DNA from: Candidatus Berkelbacteria bacterium
GTDB lineage: Bacteria; Patescibacteriota; UBA1384; 2-12-FULL-50-11
NCBI GenBank assembly: GCA_024654065.1
Contig: JANLIQ010000076.1
Location: 1 to 44,109, forward strand
Reading direction: 5' to 3'
DNA: 44,109 nt
Shown here: positions 18,601 through 27,454 of the stretch, piece after piece
How the letters are laid out: every line of letters starts with the position of its first letter
Numbering within the stretch: the first letter of the stretch is position 1
Translations under genes and position numbers: made by a program
The notes under the pieces: model-generated
Database searches by the model: none
The model's input: the letters and a program-made list of their open reading frames with translations, nothing else
Told to the model about the DNA's origin: nothing

Positions 18601-20154
18601 TCCATCAATCCCCTTGGTCGAACCAGTACGCTCGAGAATTTCGATAATGGTTGCTTCATTACTGTCACTGATAGATGTTGCGACGTTGTTGATAAATGTT
18701 TGTTGATTAAAGAAGCGGTCGTAGCCGAGCTGGAGCATAAAGCGATCAACAGTAAGTGCAAGCTTTTGAAGCTCTAAGAGAAATATTCCGGGGTCAAACT
18801 CTCCGTTTGCTTCGTTCGTAAAAACGGCCGCAATTTTATCAAGATGGACAATGTAGTCCTCTAGCCGCGACTGGAAACCGTCGGAACAGAACAAGAAATC
18901 AATATCGCCTTTTTGCCATAACTCTGGATCGAAAATATTGCCGATGCTCTGCAATCGATTTTCGCTGGCATCATCTACTATCTCTAATGATAGAAAGTCA
19001 CCCTCTTTAGATTTGATATCAGCAACTTTCGAGTATTTTTGAAGAGGAATAGCTAGTCCTATCTCGAGCAAGGCGAATAACTGTGGTGCTTTTAATGATT
19101 CTGGAAAGTTATTCGCGTTTTGCAAGCTGTCGAAGATTTTTTGGCTGGCTTCTTGGTATGCGATAATTTCGAAGGAAGTAGTCGTTGTATTTTCCGCGCT
19201 TGTTCGTATCATCTGCTTCTGTTCGTCTCGGCCATTATTTCTAATATGTCGCTGAACTAGGCGATAAGTCTCTTCCCTCCATTTGGCAAGGGCTTCTGTC
19301 GCAAGAAGTAAAGATCGAGCGTCGCCCGTCCTTGTTAAGTTTGTCGCCAACTCCTCAACAGCCTGTCGCTCCATCTTCGCTAATGCCTCAAATTCCCGAT
19401 AGAAAGGTTTTTCCTCTAGTTGCGTTAACTCTTGGGTTGACTCCTTAAACTCGGATGAGAGTGGACTCGATTCTTGAGAGATATTTTCTATATCAAGAAA
19501 GTATTTCAGTGACAAAATATTCAAACGCCTGTCTTCGAGACTCCCATGTGCAACGGACCAGCCACCTTCTTCTGTCTGAAGCCGCTCAAAGAGTGAAGCT
19601 CCGGCTAACGGATTATAGCCTGATTTTTCTAGGAAATTCACAACGCTGACCAAGTCGGCTTCTACTTCGTTCATTCGGTCAAGTCCGGCGTGTGATTTGA
19701 CCCGATCTAGCGCTCTCTTGCTAAGCCCTTTATTCATCTGTCGAGCGGCATGCCCGGCTTTAACATGCTGACCTTCATGGGCAAGAAGAGCCGCGAGCTC
19801 GTCTTCGGTTGTCACCTTTTGAAGAATTCCAGGGTGGATGATAATGTGGCCATCAGGCAGAGCAAAAGCGTTGGCGATCGAATTTCCTCGACTGACCCTT
19901 ACCTTGTAAAGACTATCTTCCCCAAACAGTCGACTGCTGATCTCATCAATTTTAGCTTGAGTCGGACTATCTTTTGGGGCAAATCCGTAAACCGCTTCTA
20001 GTATTTTGACTTCTTGGTTGCTTGCCGCCGATAAATAGCGTTCGTCTACATCTTCGTGAGTTGTTCCTTGCTCGTTAAGCTCCTTCGGTTGCAACGTAGA
20101 CTCGTCCGAAGGAGGGACGGCATGTAATCCCAGGTCTCGAGACTCTATACTCAT
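15655..20154 (-). CDS. Large protein: N-terminal M48 family Zn metallopeptidase fused to a C-terminal ABC1/UbiB-like atypical kinase
   Basis: M48: NAFALPDGHIII..GIL, ELAALLAHEGQH (HExxH), EVEAD, GYNP, HGSLEDR. ABC1-like: QLLGQ, GGGSLLTVY, VVKV, EEFIEG, HSDVHPGNF, ILDRN. Confidence 0.8.
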   Translation of the reverse strand: MSIESRDLGLHAVPPSDESTLQPKELNEQGTTHEDVDERYLSAASNQEVKILEAVYGFAPKDSPTQAKIDEISSRLFGEDSLYKVRVSRGNSIANAFALPDGHIIIHPGILQKVTTEDELAALLAHEGQHVKAGHAARQMNKGLSKRALDRVKSHAGLDRMNEVEADLVSVVNFLEKSGYNPLAGASLFERLQTEEGGWSVAHGSLEDRRLNILSLKYFLDIENISQESSPLSSEFKESTQELTQLEEKPFYREFEALAKMERQAVEELATNLTRTGDARSLLLATEALAKWREETYRLVQRHIRNNGRDEQKQMIRTSAENTTTTSFEIIAYQEASQKIFDSLQNANNFPESLKAPQLFALLEIGLAIPLQKYSKVADIKSKEGDFLSLEIVDDASENRLQSIGNIFDPELWQKGDIDFLFCSDGFQSRLEDYIVHLDKIAAVFTNEANGEFDPGIFLLELQKLALTVDRFMLQLGYDRFFNQQTFINNVATSISDSNEATIIEILERTGSTKGIDGVRRVLDSIVSKERVESDEFSQLLKQFNKTTGGSNEVSGDADEKIISYIATNMERFPTILRENCSSMAPMDASSTYLNILLALEEDDRLKIDNNQPESQARVLNLYKELMLDAGHYDINSSLWSDICNSTIRAFDSIYSQDDSEKEAALLELFKSLSDSYFEGSGQWMKGLYEWPNLFTNLMEKAIKLENEKAWSGLERWYQFTRFSWPRLNSDIYDVEKLLETIQEVIQKLWNPNLLPERKMLLADLFIDSDIRRRVKAFAANELAHGVTYGELKTLLFVDKKIGVGDSPELIDHLTENLAQTPAQMIEVQKYILDSYQESSKEIGTLTGADAVLEKILKDPSGSLLALTETREDEQGFARILIEHWWGVITKESDVAGRLDPSTLTYFDSPEKINSWIEDKPALRQDVDSYRGQLYVRIDDLLERLYRSNIVERHGIVRKLLTKPEDGVLNTRHNTMEVAHRLFDNHVKLKPERVQMVDEIMESLAGAANKDELYFLLSPLLARAILQRPTESADYRSIIKETIRDEYKQEGSGFEDELDRELPVEVPGYETLGDAAVEKTYRWSFHGKIGTENSERPINFGEQEVLRSLPEAYREGVIFEKMEESEAMIEVATTLGAPGVRFLQLLGQYVHIDPAVEQKFSAVYDSIKGQSKLSAFRTIQRERPDLLQEDSMLSARVGGGSLLTVYRHDNPSVETPTVVKVLNPNAEQRIRESMNLAHRTADRLIKKSPDNLHYKMVKEHLLADLEEWLLSDINDERFIENERQFNANWNGFKVEGSDYQIQVPRLDENSGKYVKVEEFIEGKNLTQFRVGDSTNYQEGILSEQDMKEVVRLVTSNYLYQIVSGVVHSDVHPGNFRITEDKKVAILDRNFYLELSDDDRQLFGSLTGDNVRGALAEYLLRQPENHDTTFSKEELMALLSNGVNSVSIAENPEGIFDLVTKIKEVGLKVPLRITLLLKNLYSLNNFAKNAGYNNLLEVLS

Positions 20155-20225
20155 TTAATCTTATAGTAGTGTTAAAACTGCTATACGAGAAGCTATGCAA
20201 TATCACGAATGTTGCGAAGATATGA

Positions 20226-21188
20226 TTAGACAATTTCAAGCAAGCGGGTCTGAAGCTCTTTTAGGTTAGCTCCAGTCGTGGCACTGACCAGAACTGCTTG
20301 AGGATATTTTTTCTGCATAGCTTTTGTTTCGTCAAGCGAGAGTAGGTCGGACTTATTGATGACCACCAATCGCGGTTTATCAAGTAAGGTCGGATCGTAC
20401 TTCTTTAGTTCAGTTAAAACGGAGTTTTCTGATCGCTTGAGTTCCGGCGCAGTACCATCGAGTACATGCAGCAGTACCTTGACGCGCTGGGTATGCTTGA
20501 GGAATTCCGCACCCAGCCCTTTGCCTCGATGAGCGCCTTCGATTAAGCCTGGTAGATCAACCAAGGTTAAGGATTGCTCGCCAAGCGGTAAGACCCCTAG
20601 AACTGGTTCAGTGGTGGAGAAATTATAGGCACCGATTCGGACATTAGCTCCAGTTAGAGCCTTGATTATTGACGATTTGCCCGAGCTTGGCTCGCCGATC
20701 AGGGCTACATCGGCTACTAATTGTAGCTCCAATTTAACATTCAAAACCTGTCCGGGCGTGCCTTTGGTGGCTTCGAATGGATTCTGATTGGTCGACGACA
20801 CAAAATGGACATTACCTAGTCCGCCCTGGCCGCCTCGAGCAATGACGATACTCTCGTCGCTAGTGGTTAAGTCGGCAATGACTCGATTATCAACAAGATT
20901 GATTACCCGAGTTCCGGTAGGAATAAGTAGCTCTAAGTCAGCGCCGGCCGAACCGGTCTTTCTTTTATTGGCGCCGTTGTGGCCCCGTTCGGCCTTAAAT
21001 GTTTTTCGAAAACGAAACGAGGCTAAGGTATCTAGGTTGTGAGTACTGCGCAAAATAATACTACCGCCCCGACCACCGTCGCCACCCTCAGGACCGCCCC
21101 TAGCCACAAACTTCTCTCTTCGCCACGCAATCACTCCATCGCCACCGTCACCAGCTTTGAGCTCAATCTCAACTGAATCTACCAACAT
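20226..21188 (-). CDS. obgE: Obg family GTPase, lacking the C-terminal extension
   Basis: Gly-rich Obg domain (AGDGGDG..RREKFV..GGPEGGDGGRGG), G1 GEPSSGKS, DLPG and NKSD. Confidence 0.95.
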   Translation of the reverse strand: MLVDSVEIELKAGDGGDGVIAWRREKFVARGGPEGGDGGRGGSIILRSTHNLDTLASFRFRKTFKAERGHNGANKRKTGSAGADLELLIPTGTRVINLVDNRVIADLTTSDESIVIARGGQGGLGNVHFVSSTNQNPFEATKGTPGQVLNVKLELQLVADVALIGEPSSGKSSIIKALTGANVRIGAYNFSTTEPVLGVLPLGEQSLTLVDLPGLIEGAHRGKGLGAEFLKHTQRVKVLLHVLDGTAPELKRSENSVLTELKKYDPTLLDKPRLVVINKSDLLSLDETKAMQKKYPQAVLVSATTGANLKELQTRLLEIV

Positions 21189-22552
21189 TAACTTGAGGTT
21201 CCGAAAACGATCTTCAACAATTCACGCAGGAGAACGGGCGGATTCTTAAGGATATTAGTGTCAGGGTTGATATTGAAGGTTTCGGTCAACAGACCGGGGT
21301 TTGGGAGTAAAATATTGCCTTTGGCTATAAAGATACCATTCACAGTTCCTTTTTTTATGTCGTTATTCCCAAAAATAATGTTGCCACCTAAGGAAATATA
21401 CGTTCCACAGTCAATTTTCAGATTGCCATTCGAAGGAGCCTCAAAGACAATGTCACCTTCTGTGATTAAGGCAAATCGCGTTCCAGAAGCACAAGAAACG
21501 CCACCAAGAAACTTGACTGGCATTGAACCTTCAGTCGCATGTCTTCTAACGGAAATTGTTCCTGCTCCAGAAAATGTAGTTCCCTTTTTTTCATCTTGAC
21601 CAATTTTGTAAAAACCATCAGGCGAATCAACAAAGACATTCCACAGCCTTCCCTCTGGAGGAGTCGAAAATGTATTCATATCTAGTTTATGTGGAATATA
21701 TTTATCGGCAGAGTTGAGGTTCCAATTTGCGTCATTATAGATAATAACCTCATTGGCATTATAAGATTTATTAGAATTAAATTGATTAATTAATGTAGAT
21801 CCAATTTTAGTCCAGTTAATGGTAGAAATACGATCTTTATCGTAATTAGAAATAGTTTCTCCATTCACGGATGTACCAACTAAATTTCCAACTGCTAGCG
21901 CGGATTCAGATTGAATGAAGCCGTCCAACGTTCCATTTAAAGCGGCTGTGTTACCACTAATAATAATTCCTTTATTAAGGGGGATTGTCTGGAACAGATA
22001 TGCAGATAAATTACGACTACCTCCTTTTACTGTAGTAATCGTCTTGAGACAAATATGAGTTGTGCCAACCCCGCATCCCGGTCCAGATAGGAAGGTAGTA
22101 GGATGAGATTGCCCTGATGGAGGATTCTCTAAATAGCTCTTCACCTTCTCGATATCTTCTTTACTAACGTCTGTATCAAATGTTAATCGGAAGTCTTTTA
22201 ACACAGGAAGTTCATCTTTCTCAATACCTTTAATGGATATCTTATAATATTCTCCATCAGCACCACCATTAATAATACTGGTGCTGATGGTATGGTTAGG
22301 AAAGCTACCCTGACCCTCAGTGAGGGTAAACTTATTATTATTGAAAGTGTAAGTAACCCCAGCTTTCGGAAAACGAAGTTTCGCTGGCATCATAATCAAT
22401 TTCGGGGGTAACTCAATGATAATCTGTGCTGTCCTTGGTGGTAGTCGTGAGAAAATAAACATGCTTCCCCCCGGTGGTGGTCCGTATGCTTTCGCCGACG
22501 GAATTAAGATAAAAATAAGTAGCAAGGAGAATAGAAACCGTTTAATCATCAT
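21188..22552 (-). CDS. Secreted/surface protein, paralog of 24974..27454 (shared C-terminal beta-rich domain)
   Basis: Signal peptide (..LIPSAKA). C-terminal motifs PPEGRLW, FSGAGTI, GIFIAK and NPPVLLRELLKIVFGTSS. Confidence 0.8.
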   Translation of the reverse strand: MMIKRFLFSLLLIFILIPSAKAYGPPPGGSMFIFSRLPPRTAQIIIELPPKLIMMPAKLRFPKAGVTYTFNNNKFTLTEGQGSFPNHTISTSIINGGADGEYYKISIKGIEKDELPVLKDFRLTFDTDVSKEDIEKVKSYLENPPSGQSHPTTFLSGPGCGVGTTHICLKTITTVKGGSRNLSAYLFQTIPLNKGIIISGNTAALNGTLDGFIQSESALAVGNLVGTSVNGETISNYDKDRISTINWTKIGSTLINQFNSNKSYNANEVIIYNDANWNLNSADKYIPHKLDMNTFSTPPEGRLWNVFVDSPDGFYKIGQDEKKGTTFSGAGTISVRRHATEGSMPVKFLGGVSCASGTRFALITEGDIVFEAPSNGNLKIDCGTYISLGGNIIFGNNDIKKGTVNGIFIAKGNILLPNPGLLTETFNINPDTNILKNPPVLLRELLKIVFGTSS

Positions 22553-22904
22553 CGCATAACGTTGTTGTACAGTATCTTACTGTTCCCTGTATTCTAGGAA
22601 GTGCCACTAGCTTACCATTACTGTCTCTTTTCAAAGCTACTGCTCCGTAAGCATCGTACTTTGGAATATCTTCACCTTCTAGCTGATTAACTAAAAGAGG
22701 ATTTTCGGTATCGGCAGTTTGATCACTGACGTACCACTCCAAAGTAGTGCCATTGGAGGGCCCTCCTGTCATCGGACCCAGAAAACCTGTTCCACGAAAG
22801 TCGAAATATACAAATCCACCAATGACTATTGCAACCACAACGATAAGAGTTAAGTGGCGATGCATCTGATGTACGATTCTCTCTTCACGTTCTGCATGCT
22901 TCAT
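22542..22904 (-). CDS. Small single-TM protein, paralog of 27451..27786
   Basis: HRH then a TM, DFRG..FLGP, and C-terminal LPRIQ..V.Y. Confidence 0.75.
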   Translation of the reverse strand: MKHAEREERIVHQMHRHLTLIVVVAIVIGGFVYFDFRGTGFLGPMTGGPSNGTTLEWYVSDQTADTENPLLVNQLEGEDIPKYDAYGAVALKRDSNGKLVALPRIQGTVRYCTTTLCDDD

Positions 22905-23029
22905 CTATTACTAATGTAGCACTTAAGGCGCTTAGAAAAAACAATCCAAATCTTATCAGTCAACCTGAATGTATGATGATACTAATAAAAAAGCCCCGAT
23001 AAATCGAGGCAAACCCAAAAAAAGTGGGC

Positions 23030-23770
23030 CTAGGGAATGTTGACGCCTGACAGTTTGTAATGAACTTTGGTCAGGAATGTGTTGGGACGACTGGGCCAGA
23101 TGTCTAGTGTGACGTCCTTTTCGATCGCATTCCTTAACTCATAAGACTGCGTGATGTAAAGGATTCGTTCCACCGGTGTACCGTTATTCACATTCGCCGG
23201 AGGCACGATCGTAACCGTGATTAAGATAACCTGATTCTGGTCGGCTCTCTTCACTACCGTTAGATTTACTCCAACCGGTTGACTGGAAGTTGAAAGCCGA
23301 ACAGTATTTGATGCGTCATCGATCTTAAGAACGACGTCGTAGTCAGCCGTAGTTGGCCAGTCAGAGGTAACAAGCGTAACTTCAGCCGTAACCTCCATCT
23401 CTACTCCGATTCCGATACTTAAGTCTCTTGTTTTTAATCTTCCCGCTCCATCATTAACCTGGGCAGTGAACTCGTAATAACGGAACTGATTGGGTACTCC
23501 TGAAATCTCACCGGTTTCAGAATTCAGGCTCAGACCATTCGGTAATAGTCCTTTGGCTATCGACCAACGGTACGGTAGCTTTCCGCCAGTAGCCCGTAGA
23601 AACTGGGAATAGTGTCGTCCTTCATTGCCCGACGGGAAGCTTGATGTGGTAATCGTCAGCTCGTTCGTCGCACCAGCACCACCACAACCAACCATGGAAG
23701 CTAGCAACAAAAGACCCACGACCATGAACATGCCTATCGCATAACAGGCGAGACTGTTTGTAATTTTCAT
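23030..23770 (-). CDS. Putative lipoprotein with He_PIG/cadherin-like Ig domain
   Basis: Lipobox LASMVG-C. LTITTSSFPSG..Y...L.ATGG.LPY.W....G.LP.GLSLN..TGEISG.P is the He_PIG pattern. GGAG SD before the ATG at 23770. Promoter TTGACT-17-TACATT upstream. Confidence 0.8.
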   Translation of the reverse strand: MKITNSLACYAIGMFMVVGLLLLASMVGCGGAGATNELTITTSSFPSGNEGRHYSQFLRATGGKLPYRWSIAKGLLPNGLSLNSETGEISGVPNQFRYYEFTAQVNDGAGRLKTRDLSIGIGVEMEVTAEVTLVTSDWPTTADYDVVLKIDDASNTVRLSTSSQPVGVNLTVVKRADQNQVILITVTIVPPANVNNGTPVERILYITQSYELRNAIEKDVTLDIWPSRPNTFLTKVHYKLSGVNIP

Positions 23771-23974
23771 TATCGACTCCATGTGAAGATGCACCAAATC
23801 TCAAGGGCGTATCTGATGATCTAAGATGAGTGCAATGTAGCTCACCGACAATGAAGAGTCAATGTGTATGTTTTCTGATTTGAAAATTTTAGAGTTTAGT
23901 TTAGCTCTAAACTCTATTCAGAAGAAATTTCCAGAATTGGTTGACAAATACAACGACTGAAGTACATTTGTTAT

Positions 23975-24664
23975 ATGAAGAACTATTTAACTAAATTTCT
24001 TAAAAAACTAAATCCTAATCAGAATGTTGTTATGGGACTAATTGGCTTGATTTTAGCATCTTTTGGAGCAATGTTATTAATGGGCTACACGCCCGCTAGT
24101 ATTACACACGGACAAACTGGAAGACCGTATACAAGTACGTGGAAAGCTCAAAAAGCCATTACTGTTTGTTGTTGGGGATCTAATAATGTCGAGGTTGGAA
24201 TAGGGATATCTGAGTGGCTAGTTGATGGAAAGATAGAAGGAGTCCCAGCATTTACAGAAACCTGGAAGACAAATGATCCTAGTGCTATTTTTGTTAAAAC
24301 TAACGCAGGCCATGGCGATAGGGTATTTGTTCCCTATCCTCCGAGTTCTAGCCATTTTGATGCTTCAAAGTGGTTACTCGGAGCGGTATTCACTGAAAGA
24401 GGATCAAGTGTTTTATACCTTAAAGAAAAGACAATAGATAGCTTACGAGCCGATTGGGAAATAACTAAGTGGAAAAGTAGGGCGGGTGGTAATGGAGGTG
24501 TGGCTTGTGACGGAGATGATATCGACTGTCGCTATGCGACAGGCGCATACGGCTGGACCGATAGTGAATCAATTGGTTCAGCCCGAAATTCATCCCAACC
24601 AACTGGTGGTGGTATATTCATGCCCCTTGAATGGACGGTGAATGGTACGCTTTTCCTCGAATAG
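23975..24664 (+). CDS. Hypothetical membrane-anchored extracellular protein (Trp/Cys/Gly-rich)
   Basis: N-terminal TM. Promoter TTGACA-16-TACATT-6 nt-ATG (leaderless type). Confidence 0.7.
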   Translation: MKNYLTKFLKKLNPNQNVVMGLIGLILASFGAMLLMGYTPASITHGQTGRPYTSTWKAQKAITVCCWGSNNVEVGIGISEWLVDGKIEGVPAFTETWKTNDPSAIFVKTNAGHGDRVFVPYPPSSSHFDASKWLLGAVFTERGSSVLYLKEKTIDSLRADWEITKWKSRAGGNGGVACDGDDIDCRYATGAYGWTDSESIGSARNSSQPTGGGIFMPLEWTVNGTLFLE

Positions 24665-24959
24665 CTTGTTTTTTCGTCAATTGACATCAAGTGTTTTTGC
24701 GCTTGGTTCTTTGATATTTTTAATTGGAATCTTTCAGTTCGCAAGTGGATTGCCAAAGGTAGTTAGTGAGCTAACACCTTCCAGTTTAACTGAAAGAAAT
24801 ATTGCAATTAAAGCGGCTAAGGAGTCTGGGCGTACAGACTATAGTTATACTACTCATTTCATTCCGGGTATCGGAATTATTGCCAATCCCCAGGATTACT
24901 TGAATCAGATGAATACCAAGGTAAGTGAAGGAGAAACCCAGAGTAGTGAGACAAAATAA
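24642..24959 (+). CDS. Hypothetical single-TM protein (start uncertain)
   Basis: Hydrophobic helix VFALGSLIFLIGIFQF. Overlaps the upstream gene. Confidence 0.55.
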   Translation: MVRFSSNSLFFRQLTSSVFALGSLIFLIGIFQFASGLPKVVSELTPSSLTERNIAIKAAKESGRTDYSYTTHFIPGIGIIANPQDYLNQMNTKVSEGETQSSETK

Positions 24960-24973
24960 AAACGAGAAAAGGC

Positions 24974-27454
24974 TCAAGACGAGGTGGTAAAAACAATCCT
25001 CAGCAGTTCCTGGTAGAGTGCGGTTGGATTACTTGCAAATAAAGAATCGTATTCAACATTAAATGGACCAGTCAACGAAATTTTACTGGGTAATCTAATT
25101 GAATTCTTAGCAATAAAAATACCTTTAACTTGACCACTTGGAACATTTTTGAAAATTATTGTCCCATCATTACTACTTGAGCTCCGACTTAAAGCAGTAT
25201 AAGCACCGCAACCAACGAAATCAGTATTGATATTTATTTTCCCGTGAACGATAAAACCGAGACGAGTACTATCCTCACAAAGAAGTCTTCCGTTGATATT
25301 AAGATCCCCATTTATAACAATCGTACCAGCTCCATGGAAAGTAACCGAACCTAGAGTTAAGCTATTATTTTCGATTTTCCAAATTTTACCCTCAGGAGGG
25401 GAAGAAAAAGTACTACTATTACTATTAGTTGGAATATTTGTATCTGAGTTTAAAAACCAATTAGCTCCATAATAACTTCCGCCACTTACCCCAGTACCAA
25501 GACCTTGACCCTTTGCATAAAGAGCACCCAATTTGAGACTAATTCGGTTCCAATCAAATGTTTCTGATTGACCATCAATATAATCATCGAGTTGATTAGT
25601 CGAACCCTGAACATTTACCGAACCTCCTACTGCTATTGCCTTAGAGTCAAGCGTGAAACCAGCTACTTGTTCGGGTGCAGCCACATTGCCTTCGACATTT
25701 ATTTGGCTAACATCGATCGGTATTCTTTGTAATAAAGTTTGGTTAATTGGGTTTCCTGGACGCTCGGTGGGATTATTTAGAGTTAGTCTAGATCGCAAAC
25801 ATAGGTTAGTCGCCACATCTTCTTGAGCTGGAACACAATCTGAGTCTCCAAGAAAAGTATGATCAAGAGATTGTGGTTGGTTTCTAAGAGATCCGACAAT
25901 ATTATTGAAAACAGCAAACGTCACCCGTTCTTTATATGTTAACCTCACGCCCCAATTCTGAATTCTGGGATCATCTAAATTAATTCCGTCACCCTTAATA
26001 ATATCTTTTATGGTTAGCCGGAAGGTATTATCAACTAAGTTGTTATTGACCCGATCCACACTTATTTTTGGTGAACAAAGACTGTTTGTCATAAAACAAA
26101 GGCTGGTTTCGTCGAATGTATAAAGCTGATCACCAAACCGTAATCGATCAGGGGTATAAATCTGGCTCGTAGGTAAGTTGATCTGCAAACTAGCCGGATC
26201 TGGCAATATCCCACATTTGTCTCCGGGAAATGATTTAAGCGAACTAATTGGGGTTCTCCAAACTTTAGCAACATTTGTCGAACCTTGATTAGTACTGCCC
26301 GTTCCTCGACCCTCGGCAATAAAGATATTGTCTTTATGAATGGCTATATCAGTAACCGAGTAGCCTCTAAACTCCGTATCCCTCCGATCGATAGAACGAT
26401 AGAAGTATGAATCGGAGCCTACCGGCAAAACATGTGAAGGACAAGCCCGATAAAAATCTCCCTCTTGCGTCCCGATCATTAGCTGACGATCAGTCAATGC
26501 CCGCAGGGATGTGACAGCACCCTTACTGAAACCATAGCTGTTGCCGGGGCAATGTTGTGAGCTTCCCTCCAGGAAGCAAGTCGAGTTCAATTTTACATAA
26601 GTAACCCCATCCCAAGTTTGGTAAAGAGTATCAGATACGCCATTTGCCCTTTTTGATAAACCGACGTAATTAATGCCAAATAATTCGGCGGACGAGCCGA
26701 TACATTCTGTCATTGTTCGAGGAAGACCATCTGGGAAATATGATTTCCAGCTATTGGCATTGCCATTGTCAACAGATCTGATAAGTCGACAGCCAACGGT
26801 TCCTTGGCCTGAATTCAAAAATGATGCAAACAGAGTCTGTCCGATTGAGAAAATGTGTTGAATAGCATAATAGCCGCTGCTACCTAGACCATCAGTAACT
26901 ACCTGTTCCCAATTGGGGTTTCGTGGATCTTCAGTATTTTTCAGCCGCCAGATTTGAGCTCCATCGTAATTACGGGTTCCGGCATAGAGATAGTCACCGA
27001 AAACTGCAAGTGACGTAATCTCTTTATTTCCAGGATTAGGCCAGGGGGGAGACGGTAATTTAGTGTTGAACCATGTATTTAAATTCGGGTCAAACGCAAA
27101 CACATATGACTTGCCCGCCCCTATGGCTCGTGATCCAGCGTAAACATACTTCGTACCATCGGTATTAGGAAACTCAACCAAAGAAGTAGTTTTATCACCA
27201 CTAACACCACCTAAATTGCCTGAAGGGAAAAATAGGTTGGTCGTTTGACGAACCTGGGCACCGTTGGTATTTTCCGTTCCAGCCATTAAGGTATCTCCGT
27301 ACGAAAGAAGTTTCGTAGCACTAATATTTTCTGATTGTCCAAAACCAAAATCACTAGCACTACTCCAATTGTCAGCTGCTTGAGCTGTCATCGGCCTACT
27401 AAAGACGCTAATAACTATTAAGACTGCCAATAAGACTTTACTTACTTTCTTCAT
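24974..27454 (-). CDS. Large secreted/surface protein: beta-propeller-like N-terminus plus conserved C-terminal domain
   Basis: Signal peptide (..AQA). Repeated blades (LLSYGDTLMAGTENTNGAQV; SLAVFGDYLYAGTRNYDGAQIWR). C-terminal PPEGKIW, FHGAGTI, GIFIAK and NPTALYQELLRIVFTTSS. Confidence 0.8.
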   Translation of the reverse strand: MKKVSKVLLAVLIVISVFSRPMTAQAADNWSSASDFGFGQSENISATKLLSYGDTLMAGTENTNGAQVRQTTNLFFPSGNLGGVSGDKTTSLVEFPNTDGTKYVYAGSRAIGAGKSYVFAFDPNLNTWFNTKLPSPPWPNPGNKEITSLAVFGDYLYAGTRNYDGAQIWRLKNTEDPRNPNWEQVVTDGLGSSGYYAIQHIFSIGQTLFASFLNSGQGTVGCRLIRSVDNGNANSWKSYFPDGLPRTMTECIGSSAELFGINYVGLSKRANGVSDTLYQTWDGVTYVKLNSTCFLEGSSQHCPGNSYGFSKGAVTSLRALTDRQLMIGTQEGDFYRACPSHVLPVGSDSYFYRSIDRRDTEFRGYSVTDIAIHKDNIFIAEGRGTGSTNQGSTNVAKVWRTPISSLKSFPGDKCGILPDPASLQINLPTSQIYTPDRLRFGDQLYTFDETSLCFMTNSLCSPKISVDRVNNNLVDNTFRLTIKDIIKGDGINLDDPRIQNWGVRLTYKERVTFAVFNNIVGSLRNQPQSLDHTFLGDSDCVPAQEDVATNLCLRSRLTLNNPTERPGNPINQTLLQRIPIDVSQINVEGNVAAPEQVAGFTLDSKAIAVGGSVNVQGSTNQLDDYIDGQSETFDWNRISLKLGALYAKGQGLGTGVSGGSYYGANWFLNSDTNIPTNSNSSTFSSPPEGKIWKIENNSLTLGSVTFHGAGTIVINGDLNINGRLLCEDSTRLGFIVHGKININTDFVGCGAYTALSRSSSSNDGTIIFKNVPSGQVKGIFIAKNSIRLPSKISLTGPFNVEYDSLFASNPTALYQELLRIVFTTSS

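Noticed and set aside
3236-19649. Many short ORFs overlapping tuf, fusA, rpsG, rpsL, rpoC, rpoB and the large fusion gene
   Set aside because: They are antisense or alternate-frame shadows of long genes with no independent signals.
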